A stretch of 49,112 nt of DNA from Welwitschia mirabilis (Eukaryota), in assembly GCA_051453625.1 (NCBI GenBank), contig JBOZIK010000001.1, positions 13,797,803 through 13,846,914 on the forward strand, read 5' to 3'. Below are positions 12,501 through 24,616 of this stretch, one piece after another. The translations under genes were made by a program, and so were the position numbers. Within the stretch, counting starts at the first letter, position 1; each line of letters opens with the position of its first letter. The notes beneath the pieces were generated by a model, which worked only from the letters and a program-made list of their open reading frames with translations, did not search any database and was not told the DNA's origin.

Positions 12501-13420
12501 AACAAGATCTTCTGNNNNNNNNNNNNNNNNNNNNNNNNNNNNNNNNNNNNNNNNNNNNNNNNNNNNNNNNNNNNNNNNNNNNNNNNNNNNNNNNNNNNNN
12601 NNNNNNNNNNNNNNACTGATTTTGCATTTTTTTGGCTTCTTGTTTAAGCTAAAGCTATAAAAAACAATTGTAACAATATTCAAAAATCTTAGATTCAAAA
12701 GCATTTAGAAGTAATTTTAGATTGACTACAGCTCTAAAGAGTTTAGAGCAATTAATTTTGGAAACAGCTTCTTTGAGTTTCTCAAAATAAGAAACTTTAA
12801 AACCATCAAGGTTTACTTTTAGAAAATCTTCATAAGATGAAGCAATGGTGAAGCAAGCCTACTGAATTTCTAATTATATTTGAATCAAATTTGGGCAAAC
12901 TCAACATGCATGACCTTATTAATTTGAGGATACTCAATAGAAAGCTATGGGGATCTAACCTATAGGCTATGAATAACAAGATCTTCTGAGAGAAGGAAAT
13001 GAAGTTTTTCCTTTAGATGAGTGGCTTAAGCAGTAATGTGAAGATTATCAAAGTAATCTTTAGAAGAGATAATTATAAGATCTTCCAGTGGAGAAGGAAT
13101 CTTGACATGAGATACAAGAGAAAAGTTTGCATTCTTTACTTTTTGGAGCTCTGCTTCTAGATGTTAAAATTAACCCTGTAATTAACTGCATTTCTATAAA
13201 ATATTACAAGCAAGATCCTTTCAATTGGTCTTTTGATGACTGAACATAGCCTTATTATCCTTGAGACATTTATATGGGTATATTTATACTAGGGCCTATG
13301 CTAAAGAAGAAGATACAACTTGCAAGAAATGCTCAGCTATGAATCTTGAGCTTAAGGTTGAGTAGCAGGATCTTGTGGTGAAGAAGGGAAACCAAATTCA
13401 TCCTAAAAGATATAAGACAT
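9566..13420 (-). pseudogene. PLE polyprotein: N-terminal helical/low-complexity region plus Penelope-type reverse transcriptase, no GIY-YIG detected
   Basis: Manual translation across stops and frameshifts, in PLE order: IHNLSFHSLNYEEKNI (~11.5 kb); IIIKLADKNLWIIILDMLWY...KQLLNTHVY (~10.9 kb); LKINKPSFIGHPICN (~10.7 kb); FTFNVKSLYPSI (~10.5 kb); FDGNLFK*VHGTALGS; YKCYIDNSFGI*TG (YIDD box at 10204-10215); CY*KPLNAYQYIPFSSWH; HGYP; NPPKLGKLF then stop. Candidate ATG at 13420. Confidence 0.9.
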
Positions 13421-13574
13421 GATAGTCTACAATATTCTTCAAAGGTGTAGTAAAGAGAAAAAGAAATCTTTGGACTTAAAAAATTTACAAGTATCACATG
13501 CTATAGTGAAGTTAAGAACAAAAAACATAATACTGAATAGCAAAAAAAGAAATCGAAAAAAAGAAATAAAAGAT

Positions 13575-13618
13575 AGCACAAAGCATTTTCAAGGAGTTAC
13601 ACCCCTCATTAGCCTACT
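13575..13618 (-). ncRNA. Decayed minimal hammerhead ribozyme (copy in the 5' pLTR)
   Basis: Minus strand reads AGTAGG-CTAATGA-GGGGTGTAACTCCTT-GAAA-ATGC-T-T-TGTGCT: same core as 9258-9301 with a weaker stem I. Confidence 0.65.
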
Positions 13619-13740
13619 TTTGAATTTCTAATTTCTAAATCTTGGAATACATGGAGGAGATTCCTCCTTTAAATAGAAGAAGCTAGGGGCCCAAAGAAAG
13701 GATAGGAAAAAATTTCACTTCAAATTTCAAATTCCCTTCT

Positions 13741-14090
13741 TAATAAATAAGAAACAAAAAGAAATAAAATAAGTAATAGAAAAAAATAAAATAAGAAATA
13801 AAAAGAAAATAAAATAAGAAACAAAAAATAAAATAAGAAACAAAAAGAAAATAAAATAAGTAATGGAAAGAAACTAAAATAAGTAATAGAAAGAAAATAA
13901 AATTAGAAATGGAAAGAAAATAAAAGACAGAAAGAAAATAAAATAAGAAATGGAACGAAAATAAAATAAGTAATGGACAGAAAATAAAATAAGTAACGGA
14001 AAGAAAATAAAATAAGAAATGGAAAGAAAATAAGATAACTAATAGAAAGAAAATAAAATAAGAAATAAAAATAAAATAAAATAAGTAATG
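13741..14090. repeat. A-rich ~22-bp minisatellite (about AAGAAAATAAAATAAG(T/A)AAT(G/A)GA)
   Basis: Visible repeats of aaataaaataagtaat/aaataaaataagaaat; the matching position in the 3' pLTR has only about one unit. Confidence 0.9.
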
Positions 14091-14107
14091 CCCCATGAAA
14101 TACATAG

Positions 14108-15245
14108 TTGTCAGGCCTAGGCCTCCACCATAGTTATCAGGCCCATGGACAATTTCATCATGCTACTTACAAACCCCCTTCTATATATTAACTATAAAAA
14201 TATTATCTCTGGGTGAAAAAAACAAGGTGTACTAACCTCAGATTAAGTTGTATATAATGGTTTCCCTTGCCTTATCTTTTAACTCATGGGACATGTTCTT
14301 CGTCATATCCTAAAGTTCAAAAATTCTATTGTTAAGCATGCCTAGCGTGGAGCACAACTGGAACGGATGACCTTTTGAAAAGTGCCACCTACAAGTATAG
14401 GCTTGGGGCCTGTAAGCGATTTCATCATGCTACTTATAGCCCCCCTCTATATATTAACTCTAAAAATATTATTTTTAGATAAAAAATAAGGCATAATAAT
14501 CTTAAGATAAGTGGTATATAACTATTTTCTATTCCTTGTCTTTTAACTTGTGGGACATGTCTTTTACTGTATCATGAAACCCAAAAATTCCATGGTTAAG
14601 CATGCCTAGTATGAAGTACAACTAGGATGGATGACCTCCCAGGAACTGCCACCTACAACTANNNNNNNNNNNNNNNNNNNNNNNNNNNNNNNNNNNNNNN
14701 NNNNNNNNNNNNNNNNNNNNNNNNNNNNNNNNNNNNNNNNNNNNNNNNNNNNNNNNNNNNNACTCATGGGACATGTTCTTCATCATATCATGGAGTTCAA
14801 AAATTTTATTGCTAAGCATGCCTAGCGTGGAGCACAACTGGGATGGATGACCTTTTGAAAAGTGCCACCTACAAGTATAGGCTTGGGGGAACACATCATT
14901 ATTAGGCCTGTAAGCAATTTCGTCATGCTACTTATAGCCTCCCTCTATATATTAACTATAAAAATATTATTTTTAGATAAAAATAAGGCATAATAACCTC
15001 AAGATAAGTGGTATATAACTATTTTCTATTCCTTGTCCTTTAACTCATGGGACATGTCTTTTGTCGTATCATGAAACCCAAAAATTCCATGGTTAAGCAT
15101 GCCTAGTATGAAGGACAACTGGGATGGATGACCTCCTAGGAACTGTCACCTACAAATATAGGTCTGACCCCTCATCATAGTTATTAGATCCATGGATGAT
15201 TTCATCATGCTACTTATAGTCCCCCCTCTATATATTAACTATAAG
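14108..15245 (+). repeat. Tandem array of ~270-280 bp units, each containing a 5S rRNA-derived internal control region (Cassandra-like or 5S-derived)
   Basis: Four blocks (~14318-14383, 14582-14647, 14798-14863, 15080-15144) such as aattccatggttaagcatgcctagtatgaagtacaactaggatggatgacctcccaggaact align ungapped at roughly 70% to plant 5S rRNA as recalled (aactccgcagttaagcgtgcttgggcgagagtagtactaggatgggtgacctcctgggaagt). The unit marker atttcatcatgctactt recurs at ~14152, 14419, 14917 and 15199. Confidence 0.8.
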
Positions 15246-16030
15246 AATATGTATGACTAAAAAAATAAAAACTACAAAATATAAAGAAATATGTGAAATA
15301 ATAAAAAATGAAAACTTTAGTAGTTCTAAATGTATAAATGAAGTAATAATAATGCAAAAGAATAAGTACAAAAATAAAAATGCTAAAATGAAAAGACATT
15401 CCTATAAGAAAAAATTGTGGAATTTTTTCTTTAATGTTTTTAGGACCTATGAAAGGGGAAGAAAGAAGAAGCGAAAAATAAATAATGGGAAAATAAAATT
15501 CTTATCTTCAAAAATATTTTAAAAACTTAACTAACCTTGCTAAAAAATTTGCTATAGAGCTAAAACTTTTATGGTAAAGAAAATAAAACTATAGTAACAT
15601 AAGATAAAATGAAGAAATAAAAGGAAAAAAAAAAGAGAACGAGTTCAGGTTCTACTAGAAGAGGACTAGTATAATATAATGGGAAGAAGAAAAATAGAAA
15701 GAGTATTGAACATGAATCAATATAAAAGAAAAAATTATAGTAAAAATTTAAAAAATTCCTTAGAAATAGATTAGTATAATTTAAAAAATTATAGTAAAAA
15801 AATAAAAAAGCACTAAAAAAAGACTAATGTAACTAAAAAATTGTAGTAAACTAAGGAAAATAGTTTAGAAGGGGATTAGCATAAATAAAAGTTCAAAAAA
15901 GGAGGAGAAAAAGCAAAAAACAAAATAGAGTAGAAATGAAAATTATGTGCATGCTTTACTATAGCTAATATGCCATTATCCCTAGTTAATGATGTTAAAA
16001 ACCTATGGTAATTAGTTCTTGTTATGACTA

Positions 16031-16036
<6 letters not shown>

Positions 16037-16087
<51 letters not shown>

Positions 16088-16090
16088 NNN

Positions 16091-16144
<54 letters not shown>

Positions 16145-16172
16145 TGTGTGTCTGTGTGTGTGTGTGTGTGTG
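16037..16172. repeat. (TG)n microsatellite
   Basis: Directly visible dinucleotide run interrupted by 3 Ns. Confidence 0.98.
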
Positions 16173-17949
16173 TTTTATGACTTCAAGAAGAATTACCTTA
16201 GTGATATAAATCTCATGGAGGTAAATTCGAAATTTTCCAAAATTACTAGGACTTCCATTTGAAGTAGAATTTCAATGTCATTTTTCTAAAGGATAATATG
16301 TAGTAGAGAAACTAGTAAAGCTTTCATAAAACCAACTTCAATAATTATTATAGAGTGATTGTATGTTACAAAAGAGACAAGAATAGTATGTGCAGTAAAT
16401 TAATAAATAAAACTAGAAATGAGGCATAGTCTTAAACATATAGCACGATAATAATAACAATGACTAGAATCTTGATAAAAAAACACTTACTATATTGTTA
16501 TTTTAAATAAATTATGTTAAGCATCCATCAAAGCTCAAGCATTATGACATAATGTCATTCACCATATAAGTGTTGGTAAAGATACTAGATCATCTTAGGC
16601 CTTATATCCCACTTCATAAGCATTAAAAAAGGAGCTTATCCTAAATAACATAAGATAATTGTAACTATGGACTGATAATAATAAATAGAGGATTACTCAG
16701 AAATGTAGAAAAGCTTAAGTATTAAAAACATGCATGTTTGAAATTAGAAAACCAGATTGAAGAAATTTTTATCACCTTATTGTAGTGATAGAGCAAGGAC
16801 TACATGAATGAAAGATTTAGTTTAATGCTTGAAATGTCATGCTAGCCTTAAGACCTAGCTAATTTCTAAATAAAAAGTACTTAAAAACTAGACATATCTA
16901 CAATTTATTTCAAATTTTAAAATTGATTGCACATAACATGTGTTAAAACATACCTTAAAATGAGGTTTAACTATCCTTTTGTAACTCAAAAAATAGGGTT
17001 AAAATTATGGTTTTACAAATTTACATTATTTTTTTGACCTCTTTGTATCAGATCATTAATAGTCTCAACAAACTTAACATCTACTAATACTTCTAGAATA
17101 CAAGAATGAGCATCATAATCCTAGGATGACTGGTGCCACCTATGGTTCCTATTAACATCATTGACATTCTAGAAAATATTCCTCTTCTCTTTTAATCCAT
17201 GATTTGTGGGCTTATTATAATCTTAAAAAATTAAATGGTAGAGGCCAAATGTCAGATTGATATGTATTAAAATAAATTCATAAGATCATGAAAATCAAAG
17301 TTTAACTAATGCTAAAATGGCCTTACTCTCTTGAAATAGATGTCAATTTTTACATGTTATCATACATCAATGACATTGGACCATAATTAAAAACTTTAAT
17401 GATGAAGGAAAATGATTTGATATTATTGTTATAGGACTACTAATTTTATTTCATAAGATGTGATTGATAGATTGAATTTAAGGACATTTTTACAGCTAAA
17501 TATTAATAATGTGTTATAAGTATGAGAACATTAACATGCTAGAATTGAAAGAAAATATAGAGTTAATTTGGGAATTGGTGACCATTTTGATTTTATTGGT
17601 TATAATTTTCTTCAAATGCATGTAGTACACATCTTATTAATAAGACTCTTTCTTTCTCTCTTTTTCACTTTTTCTCCCATTCCTTTAGATCTCTCTCCTT
17701 GTATTTCTTTTTTTTCTTTTCTTTTCATTTCTTCTTTTTTTTTTAAAATAAGAATAAAATCTCGGATTCTAGTATGGCTCCTCATGAAAAGAAGAATTAC
17801 AAAAAATGTTATAATACATAATGTCATTATCTAATTTTTAGGTAATAAAAATTTAATAAAATAAAATAAGTTTCATTTACATTATGTTGCTTAAAGTATT
17901 TATGCTAGAATCTACAATTTCCTATTGCCTTTCTTGAGGTTACAATTAC

Positions 17950-18880
17950 TAGAACTTTATAGTGTTTAAATATTAGCTAGTTTCTATAAAGTAAAAGAAT
18001 ATATAGTAGATTCTAGTATTTGTTGAAGTGCATTTAATATTATAATTTATTACTATGATTTTTGAGCCTATAAAGAAGTGTAAGATTAAGACTACCAAGT
18101 CACATAAATATTTCCTAGATCTCAGGACTTGTGTGATAATGAAATCAAATGTGATTCATGCCTTTAATTTCTCTATAGTAGAGGTAATAGGCCATGATGT
18201 TAACCATGTGATCATTCAAGTATTTACTAGTTAGGATTTTTCATAATAGTTCTTTTATTAAAATAGTTTTGATCTTTTATTTTATGAGGGTTTTTAATTC
18301 TTAACTCTTCTAAATTCATATTTCGTAAAAGGCCTTTTGTTAAAAAACATTTTGATCTTTAATGAGTATTTTTCATTATTTAGTTTAAATTCATCTTTGA
18401 TTGTGTTAACTTTTATGATCTTGTAAAAAGTTTTTGATTTAAAGCCATTCTAGATGCTTAAGGATAAATATCATTCTTTAATTTCTTCTAAGCTCCTTAA
18501 AGAAGGAAAATCACAAACTATTAACATGTAGTCCTTAAAGTAAATGATATTATAAAGATAACTTTTCCTTCATCACTCAGATGCATTATTTATCATAATT
18601 TTATATCTATCAAATGAGTTTTAATAGTTATAGTTTTTCTAAGACTTAATCATAATTCCCATCATTTGCTTATCTTATCTAAACAAGTAGCTAAAAAGTT
18701 TATAATGTAAATATTTCTTTGTTAAGGATCATGGCTTTAAATAAAGCATTGTTTTATCCTTTTAATGTTATTTAAACTAACTTAGAATATTTAGAACCTA
18801 ACATTAAATAAAGTAGGAGGAATTAAAGAAATGCATTTGTAAGATAAATGTTTCCTACTTATTATGAGAACTTGGATTTC
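17950..18880 (-). mobile_element. Very degenerate Ty1/copia pol relic (protease to integrase region)
   Basis: Minus-strand IMHLSDEGKVIF (~18555-18590) resembles the copia NLLSISQLCD.G..V.F motif; other motifs are faint. Confidence 0.3.
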
Positions 18881-19369
18881 TANNNNNNNNNNNNNNNNNN
18901 NNNNNNNNNNNNNNNNNNNNNNNNNNNNNNNTCATTTATAAGATCATATTTTTAATGAGTCTTATCTTGAGTAAGTCCTAAGATATTTCAAAAGGATATG
19001 AGATAAGTTTTTAATATATTAAATCCATTAAGATTACTTTTCTTAGAGTTAACAAGTATTTCTAAGGCTTGGTAAAATTTACCAATCATTTTCTAGGTTT
19101 TTGGAATGTTTTAATTATAATAATTATGACCTTTGAAGAAGATAATTATGTCAAATATTAGTTTAATATGAGTATAAATGTTACACTCATGTATTGGTAT
19201 AATCCCCCTCATCTTACCTTCATTGGGTGCCTTTAGAAGGAAGTGGTTGAGCCATCTCATAAGTTTAAGGAAAAGGAAGAAAGATATGACACATCCTTTT
19301 TTAACTTAATTCGTTAGAATTTAAAGAAAAAAATGTATTTTTACTATAAATTGGTAATTTTAAGGGGAT

Positions 19370-22030
19370 AATAATAAAATCACTCCTATTTCATATTATA
19401 ACAATAAATTAAAACATAGATCAGTTTATCTTTGGTATAAGAAAGGAAATGTCAATAAGAAATTAAATACAAAGAATTTGGTTTAGCTATTATTATCTAA
19501 CTTTATAAAATAAATATTAAAATGTTTAAAATTTATATTAAGGTATGAAATATTTAAAATTATTTTATAAATAGTATTATTAATAAATTATCTTTGGATT
19601 TGCTAACGAAGGATAGTGTTACATATCCAACAGATTTTATATTAAATCTACCTATCACTTATGCTTGTAAAAATATAAGAGATGGTAAGAGAGGAATAAT
19701 CATGGAGAGTTTATCATTATCTATTACGTTAATTATTTTGATGTTTTGGAAAAATAGTACTTAGTAAATAATGTACGTGGATCCAACAGAAGTGATTAGA
19801 ATACTACTATGTATAAATTTATATGCCTTGTATGGATGACATTTTGGGTAGTTTGTCTCTTTATTTTTAGATTAATAAAATTAATTTGAAGAATCGACAT
19901 TATCGAAGTAAAATTTAATAAGACAGTGAAAGATTACTCTTTAAAATACTAGATGATTTCTATAAATGGAGAGTAATGCCTTTTGTTTTATTCAATACAA
20001 CTTGTTCTTTTAGATGTATTATGAATGAAGTTTTAAAAGCTTATTGGAAATTTGCTTTATTTATTTATATTCATGATAGTTTAGTACTAAATAAAAACAT
20101 AAAGTATTATATTATTAATTAGAAAACATTCTAATCAAAAATTGAGAAGAAAAATTATATTTATTTGAGAAGAAATGGAGGCTTCTTAGTTAGGAATTAA
20201 TATTTTTTGATATTCTTATATCAAAATATGAGTATGCATGAACTTATATAAAATAAATTAATAAAGAAATGATCAGTATTAAACAACCAAGAAATTCTAA
20301 TTTTTCTGGAATAATTTTTTTTTAAAGATTTATTTATGGGTTTTGTAAAATTTCATTATTTAAGTCAAAGACTACAACGAAAGATAAGTACTTAAGATGA
20401 ATAAAAAAGTACAAATGAATCATTAAAGAATTTAAAATTAGTTATTTTATTGTAGCTAGTTCTTAAGTTTCTACATTTTGTTAAACCATTTTAGGTAAAG
20501 AATGCAATTGATAATTATATTAAAGAAATAATTAACTAAGAAGGTATACTAATTACTTTCTTTAGTGAAACTTCAAATGATTTAAAAATAAAATTATATG
20601 CAATCTTACAAGCACAAAAGAAGTGAAAGCATTACTATGTAATTCATACATTTAATATTTATACCCATCATAATGTATTATAAGATTTGAATTCATTAGG
20701 TTGAAATATTTGTTAAATAAATGAATTACAGCTTAAATTTATATGATTTTAATTGTGTACTAAATTATAATTAGAGTGATTTTAACGAGGTGGTTGATGA
20801 ATGACAATGTAAATTATACTATTAGAAGTTTGACCTTTATTACTAATTTTTTTTTTTAAATTACAAGATGAATATGAAGATGGTGCTAATTTTAAGTTGA
20901 TTTGGTATGATGTTAAAAATCCTTTTTTTATAATTATAAGATACATATAATTGTTTTCTTTATTTTAAATTATTAAGTTAACATAAGAGGTTATACATTT
21001 AATAGGTCTAATGCATTTGACTTTTTTATGGTAAAAACATCATGAAGATTTAATAAGGCATTATGATTTTAAGAAAAATTATGAATTACTATAAAGATAT
21101 TATTATTGACTAAATGTATATAGGGATGTGTAGAAATTTATTAAAAATGTAATGCTTATCAAAATAAAGATGATGATTATTCAAAAACAAGATTCTATAT
21201 GATGCTAACAAGGCTATGAAAGAGTGTTGATATAGATTATATATTTGATGTTTTAAAAGATTTTCATAATAAGTATTCTATTTTAGTCACTATTGATAAT
21301 TTTATTAGGATGATGTATTTCATTCCTTATTCAAAATTATAGGATGCATTATATGTTACTCATTTATTCTTTAAAGTAATTATGTATTTCAATAGTTTAC
21401 CTACTTCTTATTATCTCTACTAAGAATGTGAAATTTATTTCTTAGTTTCTACATAATTTATGAAATATTCTCTACATTAAAGTATATATCTAAATTACAT
21501 ATTAAATATTTTGAAAAATAAAATTTTTAAATTATAAATTGGAAATCTTTTTTAGTTGTGTATGTGATGAATATCTTAAGTAGAAAAATAAGAAATTAGT
21601 GTACATAGAGTTTTTTAAATAATAATGTGTTTAATAGAAGTTCATTTGAGGTATGTTAGGGTATTATATCACATACACTTGATATTGTTAGTATAGTTAA
21701 GAGGCCTTCATAGTTGGTTAATGATTATGCATAATGAATAGTATAAATTATAATATGAAAATGAATAATGTAAAGAAATGTTAGCTAATAAGAAAAAATA
21801 TAATAAATTTCATGTAGGTAGCTTTGTTTTGAGTAATATTTGTAAGATAGTTATAAAAAATTCATTTGAAATCAAATAATTCAAAGTTTGATCCATTAAA
21901 TAGCATTGAAAAAATTTTAGTCAATGCATATTTCATATTACATGGAATTTCCCAAAGTTATAAGGATTTCAAATTATTTTTGTATTGCAAATTTATCATT
22001 ATATTATGAAAATGTATGTTACATATGTTA
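19370..22030 (+). mobile_element. Degenerate chromovirus/CRM-like Ty3/gypsy pol (RT-RNase H-integrase)
   Basis: Correct domain order with decayed motifs: MYVD..., CMDDIL, WRVMPF.L.N (19967 onward), IMNEVLK, YIHD (20066-20077), FFSE...LYAILQA.KK*KHY, SILVTIDNF.RMMYFIPYSK..DA.YVTHLFFK....LPTS. PPT-like aacatgggagagga at ~22063. Confidence 0.8.
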
Positions 22031-24616
22031 TAGCTATAATAAATGATTTAGAGGAATTATTTAACATGGGAGAGGATCTTTCAATTAATTATTTGGTGTT
22101 AATGTAAGAAAGCCTTGAGAATGTAACTATCATAAAATATTTATTACTTGTTTTAATTAAGATAATTGACTAAATGTTATGAATTAATAGTTACTTGCCA
22201 TGGGATAAAGATCTTAAATTCTAATGTAGTAATAAAATTTCATTTAATATTAAAAAGATTAATAAAAAGCATCCTATCATTATCATGTAAGCTTTTATTA
22301 AAAGATGTGTTTATAATAATAATGAAGATATTTCACATGATTTTGGTAAAATATTATTAATTTATTACTAATTTAAAGTTATTTCATGTATTATTTCATC
22401 TTTATTAGCATTTATCAATAAAGTAATCTCTAGAATTTACTAGTATTTATTAGTGGAGGAATCCTTGGCATCAAATTACATTTTAATTTTATTAACAAAT
22501 CATAAATGCATAAAAAGCAAGAAGACCTTTGGTTAAAAAGATGTGTATAAAGGAAAGCATTAAGGAGTTAAAATTAATAGTTGAATAGATCTTAAGAGGA
22601 TAGTGATGAGGATTTTAATTGATATTTTAATTAATGATTAACATGCTATCATACCAATTTTGGTTTTAATGCCTTTCAAATATTGGGAATACCTAGCTTA
22701 TACGAAGGCTAGAAAGGAACTAGATCACTTTAGAAATTTTGTTGTATTTTTGTTTCTTCTTATGTCCTTTTCTACATATCTTTTCTTCTTTGTGTTATTT
22801 TGTAAATATCATATTTACATGTTTTCATCATTCATATCTTCTTTATTTAATAATTAATCCAAAAAGATAAATCTAAAACATTATTAGTATCTAAAAGAGT
22901 AATTTGGAAGGGTAGCTAGGAAGAAATTGAAATTATCTCAAACTGAATACTATTTTTCAATCCATACTGATTGGATAAATTATTTTTTATAGAAAAATTA
23001 AAAACATGATTGAATAATTATAGATAAAGAATATTATTGTATAAAATAATAAGAGTCCTATATAGATACTACTTTTTAACTATTCATGGACAAGAAAAGT
23101 TTTAGATTCTACTTTATAAATGATGAGGAAGTGTAGTACTATGATACATGATTTTGAATACTTGACTTGAATAATGAAATTAGCTTATACATGAACATAA
23201 CATATGTATTTATTTTGTTATTTACTTCCCTGTGTTTCATGATATCCTTAACTAAAAAACATTAATTTAGAGATCTAGATGAAAGAATGTCATATTTGAT
23301 CCATTGGAAATAAAAAATTAGCATAGTGCTTTTAAAATCATATTAAAACTTACTTAAATAAGGGAATTATTAATTTCATTTTTTAATTCATGTATAATGA
23401 AAAATTTTTAAAAGAGGATAATTTAAAACTATCCAAAGAATAATAATCTCATATTTTACATACTTATGATTTAATTTTATTTTTAAGGAAAATAGCAATA
23501 TGTAACTTCTATTTTGGTCCACTATTTAGTGAGAATTTAAAAACATAAAATAATGTATGTGACGGTAAATGACCATCTAGTATTTCCTCAAGAATAAGAT
23601 CTAGTGCTAAGAAATGTTTAGCAACATTAACTTTTAATGAAAATGTATTTGTTTTGAATGAGATAGAGCAAATAGAANNNNNNNNNNNNNNNNNNNNNNN
23701 NNNNNNNNNNNNNNNNNNNNNNNNNNNNNNNNNNNNNNNNNNNNNNNNNNNNNNNNNNNNNNGATGCGGTTTTTAGACCTTAATAAAGCAATACCATAAT
23801 CTATGTACCTATGTAATACCCATGTTTTTCACCCAAAAAAATTTATTGTTACTATGATATTAAAATGTAACATCTTAATTTTTAACCTAAAAACTACAAA
23901 TGTTACTATGATACCAAAATGTAATGTCCTCAACATATACTACTAAGACTATGTATTAATTATTAATTATCATGATACAATAAAAATTTTGCTTTGATAC
24001 AGAAATGCAAAACCACACTTTTTAGCTAAAAGCTTCAAATAGGATGGTAAATACCTAAAGGTTAAGTCCAATAAGAAAGAACATTTTACAATAGAAAATA
24101 TTACATACTAGATAAGATTATTAAAATAAAGTTTTAAGTAAAGATTAAACTATGAGCCTATTTTACTTGAAATTAAAACTACAAGTTTAAGATTTCGATC
24201 AATTTGATATTTTAAAGATATAATGTTTATAAGTCTATTTTAGATAAATGGACATCTATTTTTGGAGAAAAAAGTCAATCACAAGATATAATAATATCAA
24301 AAGTTACAATAAAGAATAAATCACTCTAATTAAAACTTTTTAAGCAGAAGTTGAATAATAAATATTTCATTTTCATATCCCTTCTTGATAAGATAAATCA
24401 GCCTTTTTTATACTCTAGTTTATCATCTATTTAATACAAAATATTATGGAGTGAGAATCATGAATCATCATAGTCCCTAGTATGGCCCAGGCAAAGTAAA
24501 GGTAGGAAGAACACCAAAATACAAGATAAGAAAAGAATAAGATCTCTAAACTACCAAGTATTAGATTTTCATAAAAATGGAATTGAGATAAACTAGTTAT
24601 CTTTTATTTTCATTAT

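Larger units (their letters stand above)
9152..14107 (-). mobile_element. Penelope-like retroelement (PLE), near full-length but decayed, with direct pseudo-LTRs
   Basis: PLE-type RT pseudo-ORF between two homologous direct repeats (about 9152-9500 and 13467-14107), each containing a TATA-like box and a hammerhead core. No TG..CA LTR ends, PBS, RNase H or integrase seen. Confidence 0.88.
13467..14107 (-). repeat. 5' pseudo-LTR of the PLE (with an expanded A-rich repeat)
   Basis: Homologous to 9152-9500; TATA-like CTATTTAAA on the minus strand at 13668-13676 (9351-9359 in the other copy). Confidence 0.8.

Noticed and set aside
9152-13740. LTR retrotransposon or endogenous caulimovirus interpretation of the direct repeats
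   Set aside because: No TG..CA ends, PBS, PPT, protease, RNase H or integrase, and the RT motifs are PLE-type.
13740-14105. 121-aa hydrophobic ORF
   Set aside because: It is the translation of an A-rich minisatellite.
14318-15145. Functional 5S rRNA genes
   Set aside because: Only the ~65-nt promoter-containing part resembles 5S; the 5' portion, 3' end and oligo-T terminator are missing.
16005-16262. VC-repeat ORFs
   Set aside because: They are translations of the (TG)n microsatellite.
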